Below, one piece after another: positions 10,308-20,307 of a DNA stretch of 64,000 nt. Made by a program: the position numbers and the translations under genes. The DNA is from Candidatus Bathyarchaeota archaeon (lineage in GTDB: Archaea; Thermoproteota; Bathyarchaeia; Bathyarchaeales; Bathycorpusculaceae): NCBI GenBank assembly GCA_963815095.1, contig CAWFFH010000003.1:1408001-1472000 (forward strand), in the 5' to 3' direction. How positions within the stretch are numbered: position 1 is the first letter of the stretch; each line of letters begins with the position of its first letter. A model generated the notes under the pieces. That model did not search any database. It was not told the DNA's origin and worked only from the letters and a program-made list of their open reading frames with translations.

Positions 10308-11366
10308 ATGGGCAGCGTAAAAGATCTACAAATAATCGCGAAACCAACCCAGACAGCTATGGGAACGGGGAGGTTTCTCTTTTCCGACCGCTACAGCGTT
10401 TTTGACTGGGGAGAAATGCCCGACCACATTGATGGCAAAGGTGCCGCTTTGTGCCTTATGGGCGCTTACTGTTTCGAGCAACTTGAAAAGATAGGTGTTA
10501 AAACTCACTACAAAGGGTTGGTTAACGAAAAGGGAAAAGCGGTCAAAGTTGCTGAACTCAAACAGCCCTCCTGCATTATGGAAGTCGCTTTAGTTAACGT
10601 TTACAAACCCAAAACAAGCGTGGCGGGTGGTAAGATAGTTCACGATTACAGCATGTACACTTCTAAACTTAAAAACTGCCTTATTCCACTTGAAGTGATC
10701 TACCGGAATGGGTTGCCCGACGGTTCATCAGTTTTCAAACGATTGGCACAGGGAAAAGTAACACTAAAAGACCTCGGATTAGACCACCACCCCAAACCAG
10801 GCGAAACTCTAGCTAATCCAATCTTTGATGTCAGCACAAAGTTGGAAGAAACCGACCGTTACGTTACATGGAATGAAGCCCAGAAAATCGCTGGCTTAAC
10901 CAACAAAGAATTAGCTGACGTTAAAGCGGTTTTGCTAAAAGTGGATGAAACTATAACCAAAGCTGCCTCAAATGCAACCTTGAAGAATGAAGACGGCAAA
11001 ATCGAATTAGCTTTTGATGACAAAAGAAAACTAATGCTTGTTGATGTTTTAGGCACGTTGGATGAGTGCCGCTTCACTTACGATGGCGTGCATGTGAGCA
11101 AGGAAGTTGCCCGGCAATTCTACAAAAATACCAGTTGGTATGGAGATTTGGAGCAAGCCAAAAAAGATGCTGAAGCAAAAGGAATCCAAGATTGGAAAGC
11201 GCTCTGCAAATCACAACCGCCAAAACTTGACCCCAAACTTAAAACAATCATAAGCCAAATGTACATGGCAGTGGCAAACGAGATGACAGGGCATAAACTG
11301 TTTGTTTCTCCGAAGCTTGCCAAGGTAATTGATGATTACAAAGCCTACATGAGTGAAAGAATATGA
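10308..11366 (+). CDS. purC: SAICAR synthetase (long archaeal type)
   Basis: MGSVKD, FSDRYSVFDWG, IPLEVIYRN, STKLE, DGKIE and DVLGTLDECR motifs. Confidence 0.92.
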   Translation: MGSVKDLQIIAKPTQTAMGTGRFLFSDRYSVFDWGEMPDHIDGKGAALCLMGAYCFEQLEKIGVKTHYKGLVNEKGKAVKVAELKQPSCIMEVALVNVYKPKTSVAGGKIVHDYSMYTSKLKNCLIPLEVIYRNGLPDGSSVFKRLAQGKVTLKDLGLDHHPKPGETLANPIFDVSTKLEETDRYVTWNEAQKIAGLTNKELADVKAVLLKVDETITKAASNATLKNEDGKIELAFDDKRKLMLVDVLGTLDECRFTYDGVHVSKEVARQFYKNTSWYGDLEQAKKDAEAKGIQDWKALCKSQPPKLDPKLKTIISQMYMAVANEMTGHKLFVSPKLAKVIDDYKAYMSERI

Positions 11367-12463
11367 TGATGAAAGATAAAATAAAAGACACAATCGCCAA
11401 TTACGACCAAAAGAAAATTCGCATCGGCGTCTTAGGTTCACATTCCGCATTGGAAATTGCTTCAGGTGCTAAACAGGAGGGCTTCGAAACAGTCGTTGTC
11501 TGCCAAAACGGCAGAGAAAAAACCTACGCACGCTACTACCGAAACATCTTTGACAAATTCATATTACTCAACAAATTCTCAGACATCACCAACCCAGAAA
11601 CCGTTAAGGAACTAACCGACCTAAACACCGTTTTCGTTCCCAACCGCTCATTCAGCGTTTACGCAGGCTACGACGCGATCGAACAAAAATTCGCCGTTCC
11701 CCTTATGGGCAACAGGTACCTGCTAAAAACCGAGGAACGCAACGCCCCCAAAAATCAGCTTTGGCTCCTCAAAGAAGCAGGCATAAAAATTCCCAAAGCC
11801 TTCAAATCTCCCAAAGATATCGATTGTCCTGTTATTGTGAAAGTGCCTGAGAAGGGCAGAACGATTGAGCGTGCGTTCTTCTATGCTTCAACGCCCGAAG
11901 AGTATGAGCGGGAAGCTGAAAAACGCATAAAATCAGGCATCATCACTCGAGAGGCGCTCAACCAATCCGTAATCGAAGAGTACGTGATTGGCGCGAAGTT
12001 TAACGCTAACTATTTCTGGTCACCTTTAACCGACGAGATAGACCTTCTCGGCTTTGACCGAAGAATTCAAACAGACCTCGACGGCGTCCTCGACCTCCCA
12101 GCAAAAGAACAATTAGAACTCAACATTGCAACCCAGAACATCGAAATCGGCCACATGGGCGTAACCATGCGTGAGAGCCAGCTCGAAAAAATCTTCGAGG
12201 CTGCAGAAAAGTGGGTGCAAATATGCAAAAAAGAGTTCCCGCCAGGCATGATTGGACTCTTTGCACTCCAAGGCGCAGTAACCAAAGACTTAGAATTCCG
12301 CGTTTTCGACGTTAGCCCACGTGTTCCAGGCTGCCCCTGCGTAGAACCGACCTCGCCTTACATGAAGTACAAGTATGACGTTGAGGTGGGTCCAGGCAAA
12401 CGGGTTGCTATGGAAATAAAACGAGCGCTTAGGAAGCATAGGCTTGCTGAAGTGGTAACATGA
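11363..12463 (+). CDS. purP: PurP-family ATP-grasp AICAR formyltransferase, paralogue 1
   Basis: LGSHSAL, VPNRSF and ATP-grasp fold, in the pur operon. Confidence 0.85.
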   Translation: MMMKDKIKDTIANYDQKKIRIGVLGSHSALEIASGAKQEGFETVVVCQNGREKTYARYYRNIFDKFILLNKFSDITNPETVKELTDLNTVFVPNRSFSVYAGYDAIEQKFAVPLMGNRYLLKTEERNAPKNQLWLLKEAGIKIPKAFKSPKDIDCPVIVKVPEKGRTIERAFFYASTPEEYEREAEKRIKSGIITREALNQSVIEEYVIGAKFNANYFWSPLTDEIDLLGFDRRIQTDLDGVLDLPAKEQLELNIATQNIEIGHMGVTMRESQLEKIFEAAEKWVQICKKEFPPGMIGLFALQGAVTKDLEFRVFDVSPRVPGCPCVEPTSPYMKYKYDVEVGPGKRVAMEIKRALRKHRLAEVVT

Positions 12464-13545
12464 TAGATAGCAAAGCCGTCGGAAAAATAATTGAAAAATA
12501 CGATCAGAAGAAAATCGCAATCGGCACTTTGGGTTCTCATAGTTCGCTCAACATTTTCAAGGGCGCCAAAGAGGAAGGCTTCAGAACAGTTTGCATCTGC
12601 AAAGAAAAAGATGCCATAATGTACCAGAAGTTCCCGCTGGTTGACGAGTTAATTATCGTTAAAGATTTCACCGAACTCCTCGGTGAGAAAATGCAGGAAC
12701 GGCTGCGTGAATTGAACGTGGTTTTGATTCCGCATGGTTCATTTACAGCTTATTTGAGCACTGAACAATTAACCGACAGCCTTTTCGTGCCAATGTTCGG
12801 CAACCGTCAACTCTTGCATTGGGAAGCCAACCGCAAATCCCAGGAAGAATGGCTCCGCCAAGCTGGGCTACGACTGCCAGCAACCTTCAAAACCCCTGAA
12901 GACATTGACCGCTTAATAATCGCAAAACTGCAAGGTGCAAAGGGCGGCAGAGGTTACTTCCTTGCCAACTCACCCAAGAATTTCCACAAACAATTCAACG
13001 AAATGGTCAAACGTGGCATGCTAACACAAGACGATTTGCCAAGCATCCACCTGCAAGAGTACGCACTGGGCGTGAACGTTTACCCCAGCTACTTTAGCTC
13101 CATCATAAACGACGACGTCGAAATGCTCTGTGTGGACCGACGATACGAATCCGCAGTAGACTCAATAGGCAAAATCCCCGCTTGCCAACAACTGGAAATC
13201 GACATAAACCCCACCTACACCGTAATCGGAAACTTCCCCATCGTGCTCAGAGAATCTCTTTTGCCCGAAATCATGCGCATGGGCGAAAACGTCCACAAAA
13301 AAGCCCGCGAACTCGCCCCGCCCGGAATCATTGGACCCTTCTGCCTCGAAACTGTCATAACTGATGAAGCGAAAATCTACACCTTCGAAATCAGCGCACG
13401 CATAGTCGCTGGAACCAACGTCGGCATCGGCACATCACCATACGCTTACCTGAAGTACGGTGAAAACATGTACATGGGCAGACGCATAGCGATGGAATTC
13501 AAAGAAGCCATCAAACAGAAACGGCTACAAGATATCGTAGCCTAA
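12460..13545 (+). CDS. purP: PurP-family AICAR formyltransferase, paralogue 2
   Basis: LGSHSSL, IPHGSF, GAKGGRGYF, DRRYE and FEISARIVAGTN motifs. Confidence 0.88.
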   Translation: MIDSKAVGKIIEKYDQKKIAIGTLGSHSSLNIFKGAKEEGFRTVCICKEKDAIMYQKFPLVDELIIVKDFTELLGEKMQERLRELNVVLIPHGSFTAYLSTEQLTDSLFVPMFGNRQLLHWEANRKSQEEWLRQAGLRLPATFKTPEDIDRLIIAKLQGAKGGRGYFLANSPKNFHKQFNEMVKRGMLTQDDLPSIHLQEYALGVNVYPSYFSSIINDDVEMLCVDRRYESAVDSIGKIPACQQLEIDINPTYTVIGNFPIVLRESLLPEIMRMGENVHKKARELAPPGIIGPFCLETVITDEAKIYTFEISARIVAGTNVGIGTSPYAYLKYGENMYMGRRIAMEFKEAIKQKRLQDIVA

Positions 13546-14309
13546 AACTTTGGAAGGCATAGTTCAAGCAATCCTTCAAAGTTTTCCCTATTTTCGTTCT
13601 GCTTAAAATTTCTCAAAGCTGAAATTAAAATTGATTTTTCCTTGATGCCGAACACTTCGCTTAGCATCTTTGCTGCCCTGCTGTTTCCCATAAAAAGAAA
13701 CTGACACACCGACGTAACGTTAATCACTCTGCGAACTATGCTTGCGGTTTCAAAATCCACAATGAAAGATTTGTTCTCCTTATCCACGAGCAGGTGCTTT
13801 GTTGCCTTGCTTATCTCTCCATGGTCCAAGCTTGCTTCGTCCAGGCGCCAGCATTGCTCCAGTATGTCAATCAAAACTCTGCGAATGAGTTCTTTTTCTC
13901 TTTGGGGTTCAAGCCAATCTTCAAGCAAATCCCCGTCAATAAGCTGGGAAAGCATAAAATTGTTGCTTATCGCGATGAACTTGGGACCGACACCGATTGC
14001 GTTGGCTTTCTGGAGCATTTCAGCTTCATGGCTAAAATCTGTTCGGTCGGCATCTATTCTACGCATTTTCAACGCTGCTTTTTGACCTTTCAGATACGCC
14101 ACTACCACAACACCAACGTAGCCTTTGCCCAATACAGGAATGTTAGAAGCGTTTGTTTTTCCACTGAACTCAAGCGCTTCAACGCCAAGCTGTTGCAGTT
14201 CCTCTATTCGCCTCTGTATCTCAGCAGGGTTAGTTCTGGGATAACAAACCACTGACGCGTAAGGTTCAACGTCAAGGTTCTCCACAAGCACTATTGCGGT
14301 CGGCTTCAC
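13542..14309 (-). CDS. RIO/Bud32-like Ser/Thr protein kinase
   Basis: LGKGYVGVV P-loop, ALK, HGEIS and IVDFETAS motifs. Confidence 0.85.
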   Translation of the reverse strand: MKPTAIVLVENLDVEPYASVVCYPRTNPAEIQRRIEELQQLGVEALEFSGKTNASNIPVLGKGYVGVVVVAYLKGQKAALKMRRIDADRTDFSHEAEMLQKANAIGVGPKFIAISNNFMLSQLIDGDLLEDWLEPQREKELIRRVLIDILEQCWRLDEASLDHGEISKATKHLLVDKENKSFIVDFETASIVRRVINVTSVCQFLFMGNSRAAKMLSEVFGIKEKSILISALRNFKQNENRENFEGLLELCLPKF

Positions 14310-14411
14310 TGCAAATCCTTCTATTGGCTATTGCAACGACGTTAGTTAATTAAAGCTTAAGTGCCGTTTTTGTAAAGTAATTGGACAGCGTGGACTAGCA
14401 AGAACGGAGGA

Positions 14412-16013
14412 GTGCGACTGAGGTTACCTTTATGGTTGCAGTTTCGTCTTAACAAGTGGCAACTAGCCGTTTTAGTTTTTGCGTTGGCTTACGCTTTTCT
14501 GATTACCTTAAACTTAAGCTCTATTCCGATGCAGTGGGATGAAGTTACCCATTTCAATGGTGCCCTCCAATTAGTCAGAGGCCAAATTTGGCAATACATC
14601 ACCACGAACTCGTTCTATCCGCCATTATACAATCTGGTGATGGCTGCCTACTTTGCTCTGGCAGGAGCCAGCGTTCTAACAGGACGGCTTGTAACGGTAA
14701 CGTTTTCGGTCCTTTCCATATTTATCGTCTACAAAATTGCTAAAGAAATGTATAATGAAAAAACCGCGTTGGTTTCTGCTGTGTTGTTTGCGGTTATGCC
14801 TGGAATCGTTTGGCTTTCCAATATCGCTATGATTGAAATCATGTTACTTTTCATGTTTTGTCTGTCTATGCTGTTCTTCTTTAGGTGGCTGCGAACTAAC
14901 CGAGATCGAGACTTAACATTGAGCGTTGCTGCACTTCTTGTTGGAATAACGGTGAAGTATCAAATTCTTGTTGTTGTACCCGTAGTTATGGTTGTAAGTG
15001 TTCTTGTTTTTGGTAAAGGCACCTTCCTGAAAACTCAAGCTGAGAGGTTTTTGCACTCTAAAAGGATATGGCTGGGCGTTTTGTTATTGGTCGTTGCTGC
15101 GGTTTTGCTCTATGTGTTCTTCGTTTCAGGCCTGCTGAATGAATGGTTATACGCTATGCAAGTCGGAAACGTTGGTCAATCTTGGTACAGTAACCGTTTT
15201 CCTGCTCCAATTTTTTACTTACTTGAAATGGTGTGGCCTTACAATAATGTGCATCCTATGTCGCTGTTGCTCTATGGTTTGGGGCTGACGGGTTTAGGCT
15301 TTTTTGCGTGGAGACGAAAACCGCAGGACAAGTTTTTGCTTGTTTGGTTCATAGTTATCTTCTTTGTTTTCACTCTGATTCCAAATAGGCAATGGCGTTA
15401 CGTGACGCCTCTGTTTCCTGTGTTGGCGATTTCTGCTGCAGCCCTCTTAGTCTCAGCCTTAGGATATGCCCAGAAAATCTGGCAAGCAGCAACGACCACT
15501 CTAAACAAAAAGCGACTTGCAAAGATCTCAGCGGCGCTCCTGATAATTTTCACTGCTACAGGGCTCTTCTACAGTTGCATGGATGCTTACACTTGGGTGT
15601 CAGGAAATAATCAAGCCCATGTTCCCATCGAGCAGGCAGCAACATACGTGGCTAGTAAATCTAACACAAACCAGTCGGTGATAGTTTTGTGTCCTTATAA
15701 CTTCTTCAACAAAGACATGGTTTGGTTTTATCTAAATAGCAACAGCCCCAGTCTAACACCAGTGTTCCAGTACCCGACGTTAGCCGTCGATGCATACACT
15801 CCTGAATTCAATATAACCGAATTTGTGAATTATTGCCAGACAAACAACACAGGCTACGTTATGCTCTACGAGTACGGGGGAACCATATCATATTACAACA
15901 GCAACTTAACTGAACAAGCCGTCTATGGTATGTTAAACAACACAGAAAGATTTACCCTGCAATCAACTTTTGGCGTAGCCCCTCAACGAATCTTCGTTAT
16001 GTCCTTCAAATAA
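14412..16013 (+). CDS. GT-C / family 39 membrane glycosyltransferase (PMT/ArnT-like)
   Basis: WDE motif, YPPLY, multiple TM helices and RYVTPLFP. Confidence 0.85.
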   Translation: MRLRLPLWLQFRLNKWQLAVLVFALAYAFLITLNLSSIPMQWDEVTHFNGALQLVRGQIWQYITTNSFYPPLYNLVMAAYFALAGASVLTGRLVTVTFSVLSIFIVYKIAKEMYNEKTALVSAVLFAVMPGIVWLSNIAMIEIMLLFMFCLSMLFFFRWLRTNRDRDLTLSVAALLVGITVKYQILVVVPVVMVVSVLVFGKGTFLKTQAERFLHSKRIWLGVLLLVVAAVLLYVFFVSGLLNEWLYAMQVGNVGQSWYSNRFPAPIFYLLEMVWPYNNVHPMSLLLYGLGLTGLGFFAWRRKPQDKFLLVWFIVIFFVFTLIPNRQWRYVTPLFPVLAISAAALLVSALGYAQKIWQAATTTLNKKRLAKISAALLIIFTATGLFYSCMDAYTWVSGNNQAHVPIEQAATYVASKSNTNQSVIVLCPYNFFNKDMVWFYLNSNSPSLTPVFQYPTLAVDAYTPEFNITEFVNYCQTNNTGYVMLYEYGGTISYYNSNLTEQAVYGMLNNTERFTLQSTFGVAPQRIFVMSFK

Positions 16014-16060
16014 AATAAAAAGATAATATGCACAGTAGAGTTATCATAGCGGGTTAAGAA

Positions 16061-18181
16061 ATGCCGCGGTTTAAGCAAATCCTTGAAATTCAACAGTTAA
16101 TGGGCAGAAAAGAACTTATCAGAAACATAGGTATTATTGCGCACATAGACCACGGCAAAACCACCCTCGCAGACTCGCTTTTGGCTGGGGCAGGTTTGCT
16201 GTCGACTCAAATGGCAGGCATGGCGAGGGTACTTGATTATCTTGATGAAGAGCAGAAACGCAAAATCACCATAAAAACAGCCAACATTAGCCTACTCTAC
16301 AAAACTGCAGGCACCCCATATATCATAAACCTCGTTGACACGCCGGGGCATGTGGATTTCACTGGCAAAGTCACAAGAGCCTTACGAGTTATTGACGGTG
16401 CTGTAGTTGTGGTTGATGCCGTAGAAGAAATTATGGCACAAACCGAAATCGTCACAAGACAAGCCCTCGAAGAACGAGTGCGCCCCGTATTATTCATCAA
16501 CAAAGTCGACAAATTAATGGTTGAACTGCAATTAAACGAGGAGCAAATCCAAAAGAAACTCGACCAAATAATCAGCCGATTCAACGATCTAATCGAAACC
16601 TACGCGGAACCACAATTCAAGAACCAATGGAAAATCAGCACTTCAATGGGCAATGTGGCTTTTGGTTCAGCTTTGCACGGTTGGGGTTTTACAATGAAAA
16701 TGGCAAAGCGGCAGAACATAAAGTTTTCAGACCTAATCAAAGCCAACGAAAACAATCAAGAAACGAAACTAAAATCAACCTTACCCGTTTACGAAGCAGT
16801 TTTTGAAATGGCAATCGCTGTAATTCCGAGTCCACCAGAAGCGCAAGCATACCGCATTGAGAAGGTTTGGGATGGACATATCGATTCCAAACTAGGCAAG
16901 GCATTGGTTGAATGCCGCGATGATGCGCCAACCATCATGTATGTAACAAATGTACATTCTGATCCTAACGGTGACACCTTGGCAACAGGGCGAGTTTTTT
17001 CTGGCAAAGCCAAGAAGGGTGACAAATTACATCTGGTAGATGCACTAACTGAAACCGAGGTTAGAGAAGTCTCCATCGACATGGGTTCGCTGCGGGAAGA
17101 AGTGAGCGAAGTTTCAGCTGGCAGTTTAGCCTCTTTTACTTTGACTGGACATGTTAAGGCTGGTGAAACCCTCGTTGATATAGCACACAAAGTCGAAATG
17201 GTGCCTTTCGAGGGAATATGCTACGTTTCAGAGCCAGTTGTAACTTTGGCAGTTGAACCCAAAAACCCCCAAGACATTCCATTATTGCTTGATGCACTTG
17301 AAAAACTTGCGGCGGAAGACCCAAACCTCAAAGTAATTGCGGATAAGCAAACTGGCGAGTATCTGCTTAGTGGCATGGGCGAATTGCACTTAGAAATAGC
17401 TATGCACCAACTGAAAAAAGACGGGATTAACGTCACTGTATCTTCGCCAAGAGTTGTTTACATCGAAAGCGTTCAGAAGAAAGGTGTTGTTGCTTTGGCA
17501 AAAAGCCCCAACAAACAGAATAGTTTCTGGGTACAGGTTATGCCTGAAACAGAAGAAAATGAACATCCTGCGGACGTAGACTCTGGCAATGTTCTATCTG
17601 TGGATGAGCATCGAAATGTGCTTTTAGATTGTTGCGGAAAAACGGAAGCAGTTTCGGAGAACGTTTTGGAAGCAATCATTGCAGGGTTTGAGTACGCTTG
17701 CAGAGCGGGTCCCTTATGCGGGGAACCTGTCAGGCGTTTAAAGGTGAACTTGACCGATTTACAAATTTGCGAAGGCGAAGATGAGGGTTCAGAAATCATG
17801 CGTGGCGTCGGCAAAGCAATTTTTGGCAGCTTCCTAACTGCTGACCCAGTCCTGCTTGAACCCATCTACAAAATCATCATATCCGTGGCAACAGAACTAT
17901 CTGGCGAATGCCAAAGAATGCTCAGCATGAGACGCGGAAAAGTAACTTTATTCGAGCAAAAAGGTCTTTTAAACATAATCACCGGTTACATCCCTGTCTC
18001 TGAAACTTTTGGCTTCTCACAAGAACTTCGCTCAGCAACTTCAGGACGGGCGTTTTGGCAATCATATTTTGACCACTGGGAAAAGATGCCACCAAAACTT
18101 TCTTTGCAAGTAACCACTGATTTGCGGCAGCGAAAAGGTCTAGTGCCAGAAATGCCTAAACCCGAGAAATTTATGGAGTAG
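16061..18181 (+). CDS. Elongation factor 2 paralogue (aEF-2p-like; no diphthamide His)
   Basis: AHIDHGKTT, DTPGHVDF, NKVD, GMGELHL and LRSATSGRA are present. The HRG motif of domain IV is absent. Confidence 0.88.
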   Translation: MPRFKQILEIQQLMGRKELIRNIGIIAHIDHGKTTLADSLLAGAGLLSTQMAGMARVLDYLDEEQKRKITIKTANISLLYKTAGTPYIINLVDTPGHVDFTGKVTRALRVIDGAVVVVDAVEEIMAQTEIVTRQALEERVRPVLFINKVDKLMVELQLNEEQIQKKLDQIISRFNDLIETYAEPQFKNQWKISTSMGNVAFGSALHGWGFTMKMAKRQNIKFSDLIKANENNQETKLKSTLPVYEAVFEMAIAVIPSPPEAQAYRIEKVWDGHIDSKLGKALVECRDDAPTIMYVTNVHSDPNGDTLATGRVFSGKAKKGDKLHLVDALTETEVREVSIDMGSLREEVSEVSAGSLASFTLTGHVKAGETLVDIAHKVEMVPFEGICYVSEPVVTLAVEPKNPQDIPLLLDALEKLAAEDPNLKVIADKQTGEYLLSGMGELHLEIAMHQLKKDGINVTVSSPRVVYIESVQKKGVVALAKSPNKQNSFWVQVMPETEENEHPADVDSGNVLSVDEHRNVLLDCCGKTEAVSENVLEAIIAGFEYACRAGPLCGEPVRRLKVNLTDLQICEGEDEGSEIMRGVGKAIFGSFLTADPVLLEPIYKIIISVATELSGECQRMLSMRRGKVTLFEQKGLLNIITGYIPVSETFGFSQELRSATSGRAFWQSYFDHWEKMPPKLSLQVTTDLRQRKGLVPEMPKPEKFME

Positions 18182-18186
18182 TCTTC

Positions 18187-19047
18187 GTGCTCTTTGATGT
18201 TGCTTTTGATTTGGATTTTTCGCTTTGTTGCGGACAAGTGTTTAGGTGGAAAAAGCTCGGGGGCTGGTGGTATGGTGTCGTCGGAGAAGATGTGTTTAAG
18301 GTTCGCCAATGTGGTAGTGAATTAGAGTTTGAGGGTGTCAGCGAAGACTTTGTCCGCTACTATTTCGGTTTAAACGATGATTTAAAACAAATTAGCCGAT
18401 GCATTTCTAAAGACGATTATATTCGCAAAGCACTGCGCAGGTTTGAGGGTTTGCGTCTTGTTCGCCAGAAACCTTGGGCGTGCCTCATTGGCTTTATTTG
18501 TTCCACATACAAGAATATTGCTGCCATTGAATTGATGCTTCAGAAGCTTTCGGTAAAGTTTGGGGAAAAACGCGTTTTCGATGGACACGATTTTTATTTG
18601 TTTCCAACTGTTGAAAAACTGGCTTTTGCAAGCGAGGCTGATTTAAAAGAATGTGGTTTAGGTTACCGTGCTAAATACGTGCAGAAAACCGCCGAGAAAA
18701 TCCTTGACGAAAAGATTAACCTCAAAAACCTGAAATCTCTATCTTATTTGGAAGCGCGGAATTTGCTTCTAGAGTTTCCTGGCGTCGGGATGAAAGTGGC
18801 TGATTGTGTTCTGCTTTTTTCACTCGAAAAGTTTGAAGCTTTTCCGGTGGATGTTTGGGTTAAACGCGTTATCTTAAATCATTATGCTGACCAGTTACCT
18901 GTCGAAATGGTAAAAAAAATGCAAAGTCACAATTCCTTAACTAACGGTGAATACCTAAAAATCAGCGATTTCGCCCGAAACTACTTTGGAGCCTACGCCG
19001 GCTACGCCCAAGAATACCTCTACCACTTCGAGCGAACGCAACGTTAA
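18187..19047 (+). CDS. 8-oxoguanine DNA glycosylase (Ogg1-type HhH-GPD)
   Basis: CGQVFRW, GLGYRAKY, PGVGMKVADCV, FPVDVW and YAGYAQEYLY motifs. Confidence 0.9.
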   Translation: MLFDVAFDLDFSLCCGQVFRWKKLGGWWYGVVGEDVFKVRQCGSELEFEGVSEDFVRYYFGLNDDLKQISRCISKDDYIRKALRRFEGLRLVRQKPWACLIGFICSTYKNIAAIELMLQKLSVKFGEKRVFDGHDFYLFPTVEKLAFASEADLKECGLGYRAKYVQKTAEKILDEKINLKNLKSLSYLEARNLLLEFPGVGMKVADCVLLFSLEKFEAFPVDVWVKRVILNHYADQLPVEMVKKMQSHNSLTNGEYLKISDFARNYFGAYAGYAQEYLYHFERTQR

Positions 19048-19084
19048 AATGTTGACAAACAGCATTTCCATACTGGTGCGACCT

Positions 19085-19339
19085 ATGAGTGAGGGCAAAA
19101 TTGAAGATTTAATCAAGCACAAACGAGTTTTCCTAAGACAAACCACAACAGATTATTCTGCAGGCGGCAATGACATGCTCGATGATGTTGACGCGGCACT
19201 AAAAGAAGCCAAAGCAGAAATCGCCCATAACTTGGAACTCGTCAACTGTCTGCGCAAAGACGAGGGCGAACAAGCATGGCAAAAAGACTGCCTATCCATG
19301 TTTAACGCATGGTACGAAAAATGGTTCGGCAACCCCTAA
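19085..19339 (+). CDS. Hypothetical protein (84 aa)
   Basis: ATG at 19085 preceded by GGTG. Ends WYEKWFGNP. Confidence 0.6.
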   Translation: MSEGKIEDLIKHKRVFLRQTTTDYSAGGNDMLDDVDAALKEAKAEIAHNLELVNCLRKDEGEQAWQKDCLSMFNAWYEKWFGNP

Positions 19340-19421
19340 CCCTTATCCGTTTAGTTGCTTCTCAATCGGCGGAAAATGTTTAAATCTTAACTGGAACAGC
19401 AATATTAGAGAATAGCTCTGT

Positions 19422-19499
19422 GGGCCCGTAGCTCAGTCCGGCTAGAGCGCCAGACTCATAATCTGTTGACCGGGTGTTCAAATCGCCCCGGGCCCACCA
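19422..19499 (+). tRNA. tRNA with CAT anticodon, most likely tRNA-Ile2 (agmatidine-modified)
   Basis: Cloverleaf with acceptor GGGCCCG/CGGGCCC, anticodon CAT at 19457-19459, T-loop TTCAAAT and encoded CCA. The GGGCCC start is typical of archaeal tRNA-Ile. TATA-like TTTAAAT at ~19379. Confidence 0.88.
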
Positions 19500-19609
19500 A
19501 TCATCCCACACAGTTAACCATTTGGTAACTTCTGTCCCTCATTATTTGAGAATAACCTGCTAAAGCGAAGGCTTATACCGAGGTCAACTCTTACGACATA
19601 CGTAAGGAA

Positions 19610-19750
19610 ATGATAGATATGACTTTTATTTCTAAAGAGCATTTTTTCCAAAATGGTTGGGATTGTAATAAGTGTGGAAAGATGACGGAGCACCGGAAAG
19701 AGGGAAAAGGCCCTACCGCTAAATTAGTCTGTATGGTATGCGGGTCATAA
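19610..19750 (+). CDS. Zinc-ribbon microprotein (46 aa, below the ORF track cutoff)
   Basis: MIDMTFISKEHFFQNGWDCNKCGKMTEHRKEGKGPTAKLVCMVCGS, with two CxxCG motifs. Confidence 0.6.
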   Translation: MIDMTFISKEHFFQNGWDCNKCGKMTEHRKEGKGPTAKLVCMVCGS

Positions 19751-19965
19751 ACTAAAAACCTCCTTTATCGCGATTTTGAAGAATCTTTTGGCTTCTTTTT
19801 TTAGGCCGGTTCTTGATCCGGCGGATGCAATAGTTAAATAGCTATTTTCTATGTTCCCTAATAACAGGCAGCCAATCAACCCATTAGAAAGCGACCTTCA
19901 GATGATAGACAATGAGAATTGACTAAAAAATAATGAATATGGACTAAAAATTCTTCGGCAATCGA

Positions 19966-20307
19966 TTATATATTTAAGCTGTGAATTTTACTAAGTAGCG
20001 ATCTGCAATCTTCCAACCCCTTCTCAGTTATTTCCACAACCTGATGTACGCCGCCCCAAGACCTAACAGTCCGGACTCTGATTAGACCAGAAGCTTCCAT
20101 CTTTGTCAGATGATTCTCCAAACTACCCTTTCCCAACCCAACGAAAGAACGCAACTCCACTGAACTCAACTTCTTGTTCATGGCAAGCAGAATCAAAATC
20201 AGTATTCTGGTTGATGATTTGAAGGTAGGGTCATTTAGCTGCTCGTTTAATGATTTAATTATGTCTGTGTAGGGCATTTTGAAGTCGGGGTTCTGGTCGG
20301 TTACCAA
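19966..20307 (-). CDS. Winged-helix (MarR/ArsR-like) transcriptional regulator
   Basis: RILILILL..LGKGSLENHLTKMEASGLI..VEITEKG. TTG start overlaps the upstream stop codon; alternative ATG at 20277. Confidence 0.82.
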   Translation of the reverse strand: MVTDQNPDFKMPYTDIIKSLNEQLNDPTFKSSTRILILILLAMNKKLSSVELRSFVGLGKGSLENHLTKMEASGLIRVRTVRSWGGVHQVVEITEKGLEDCRSLLSKIHSLNI

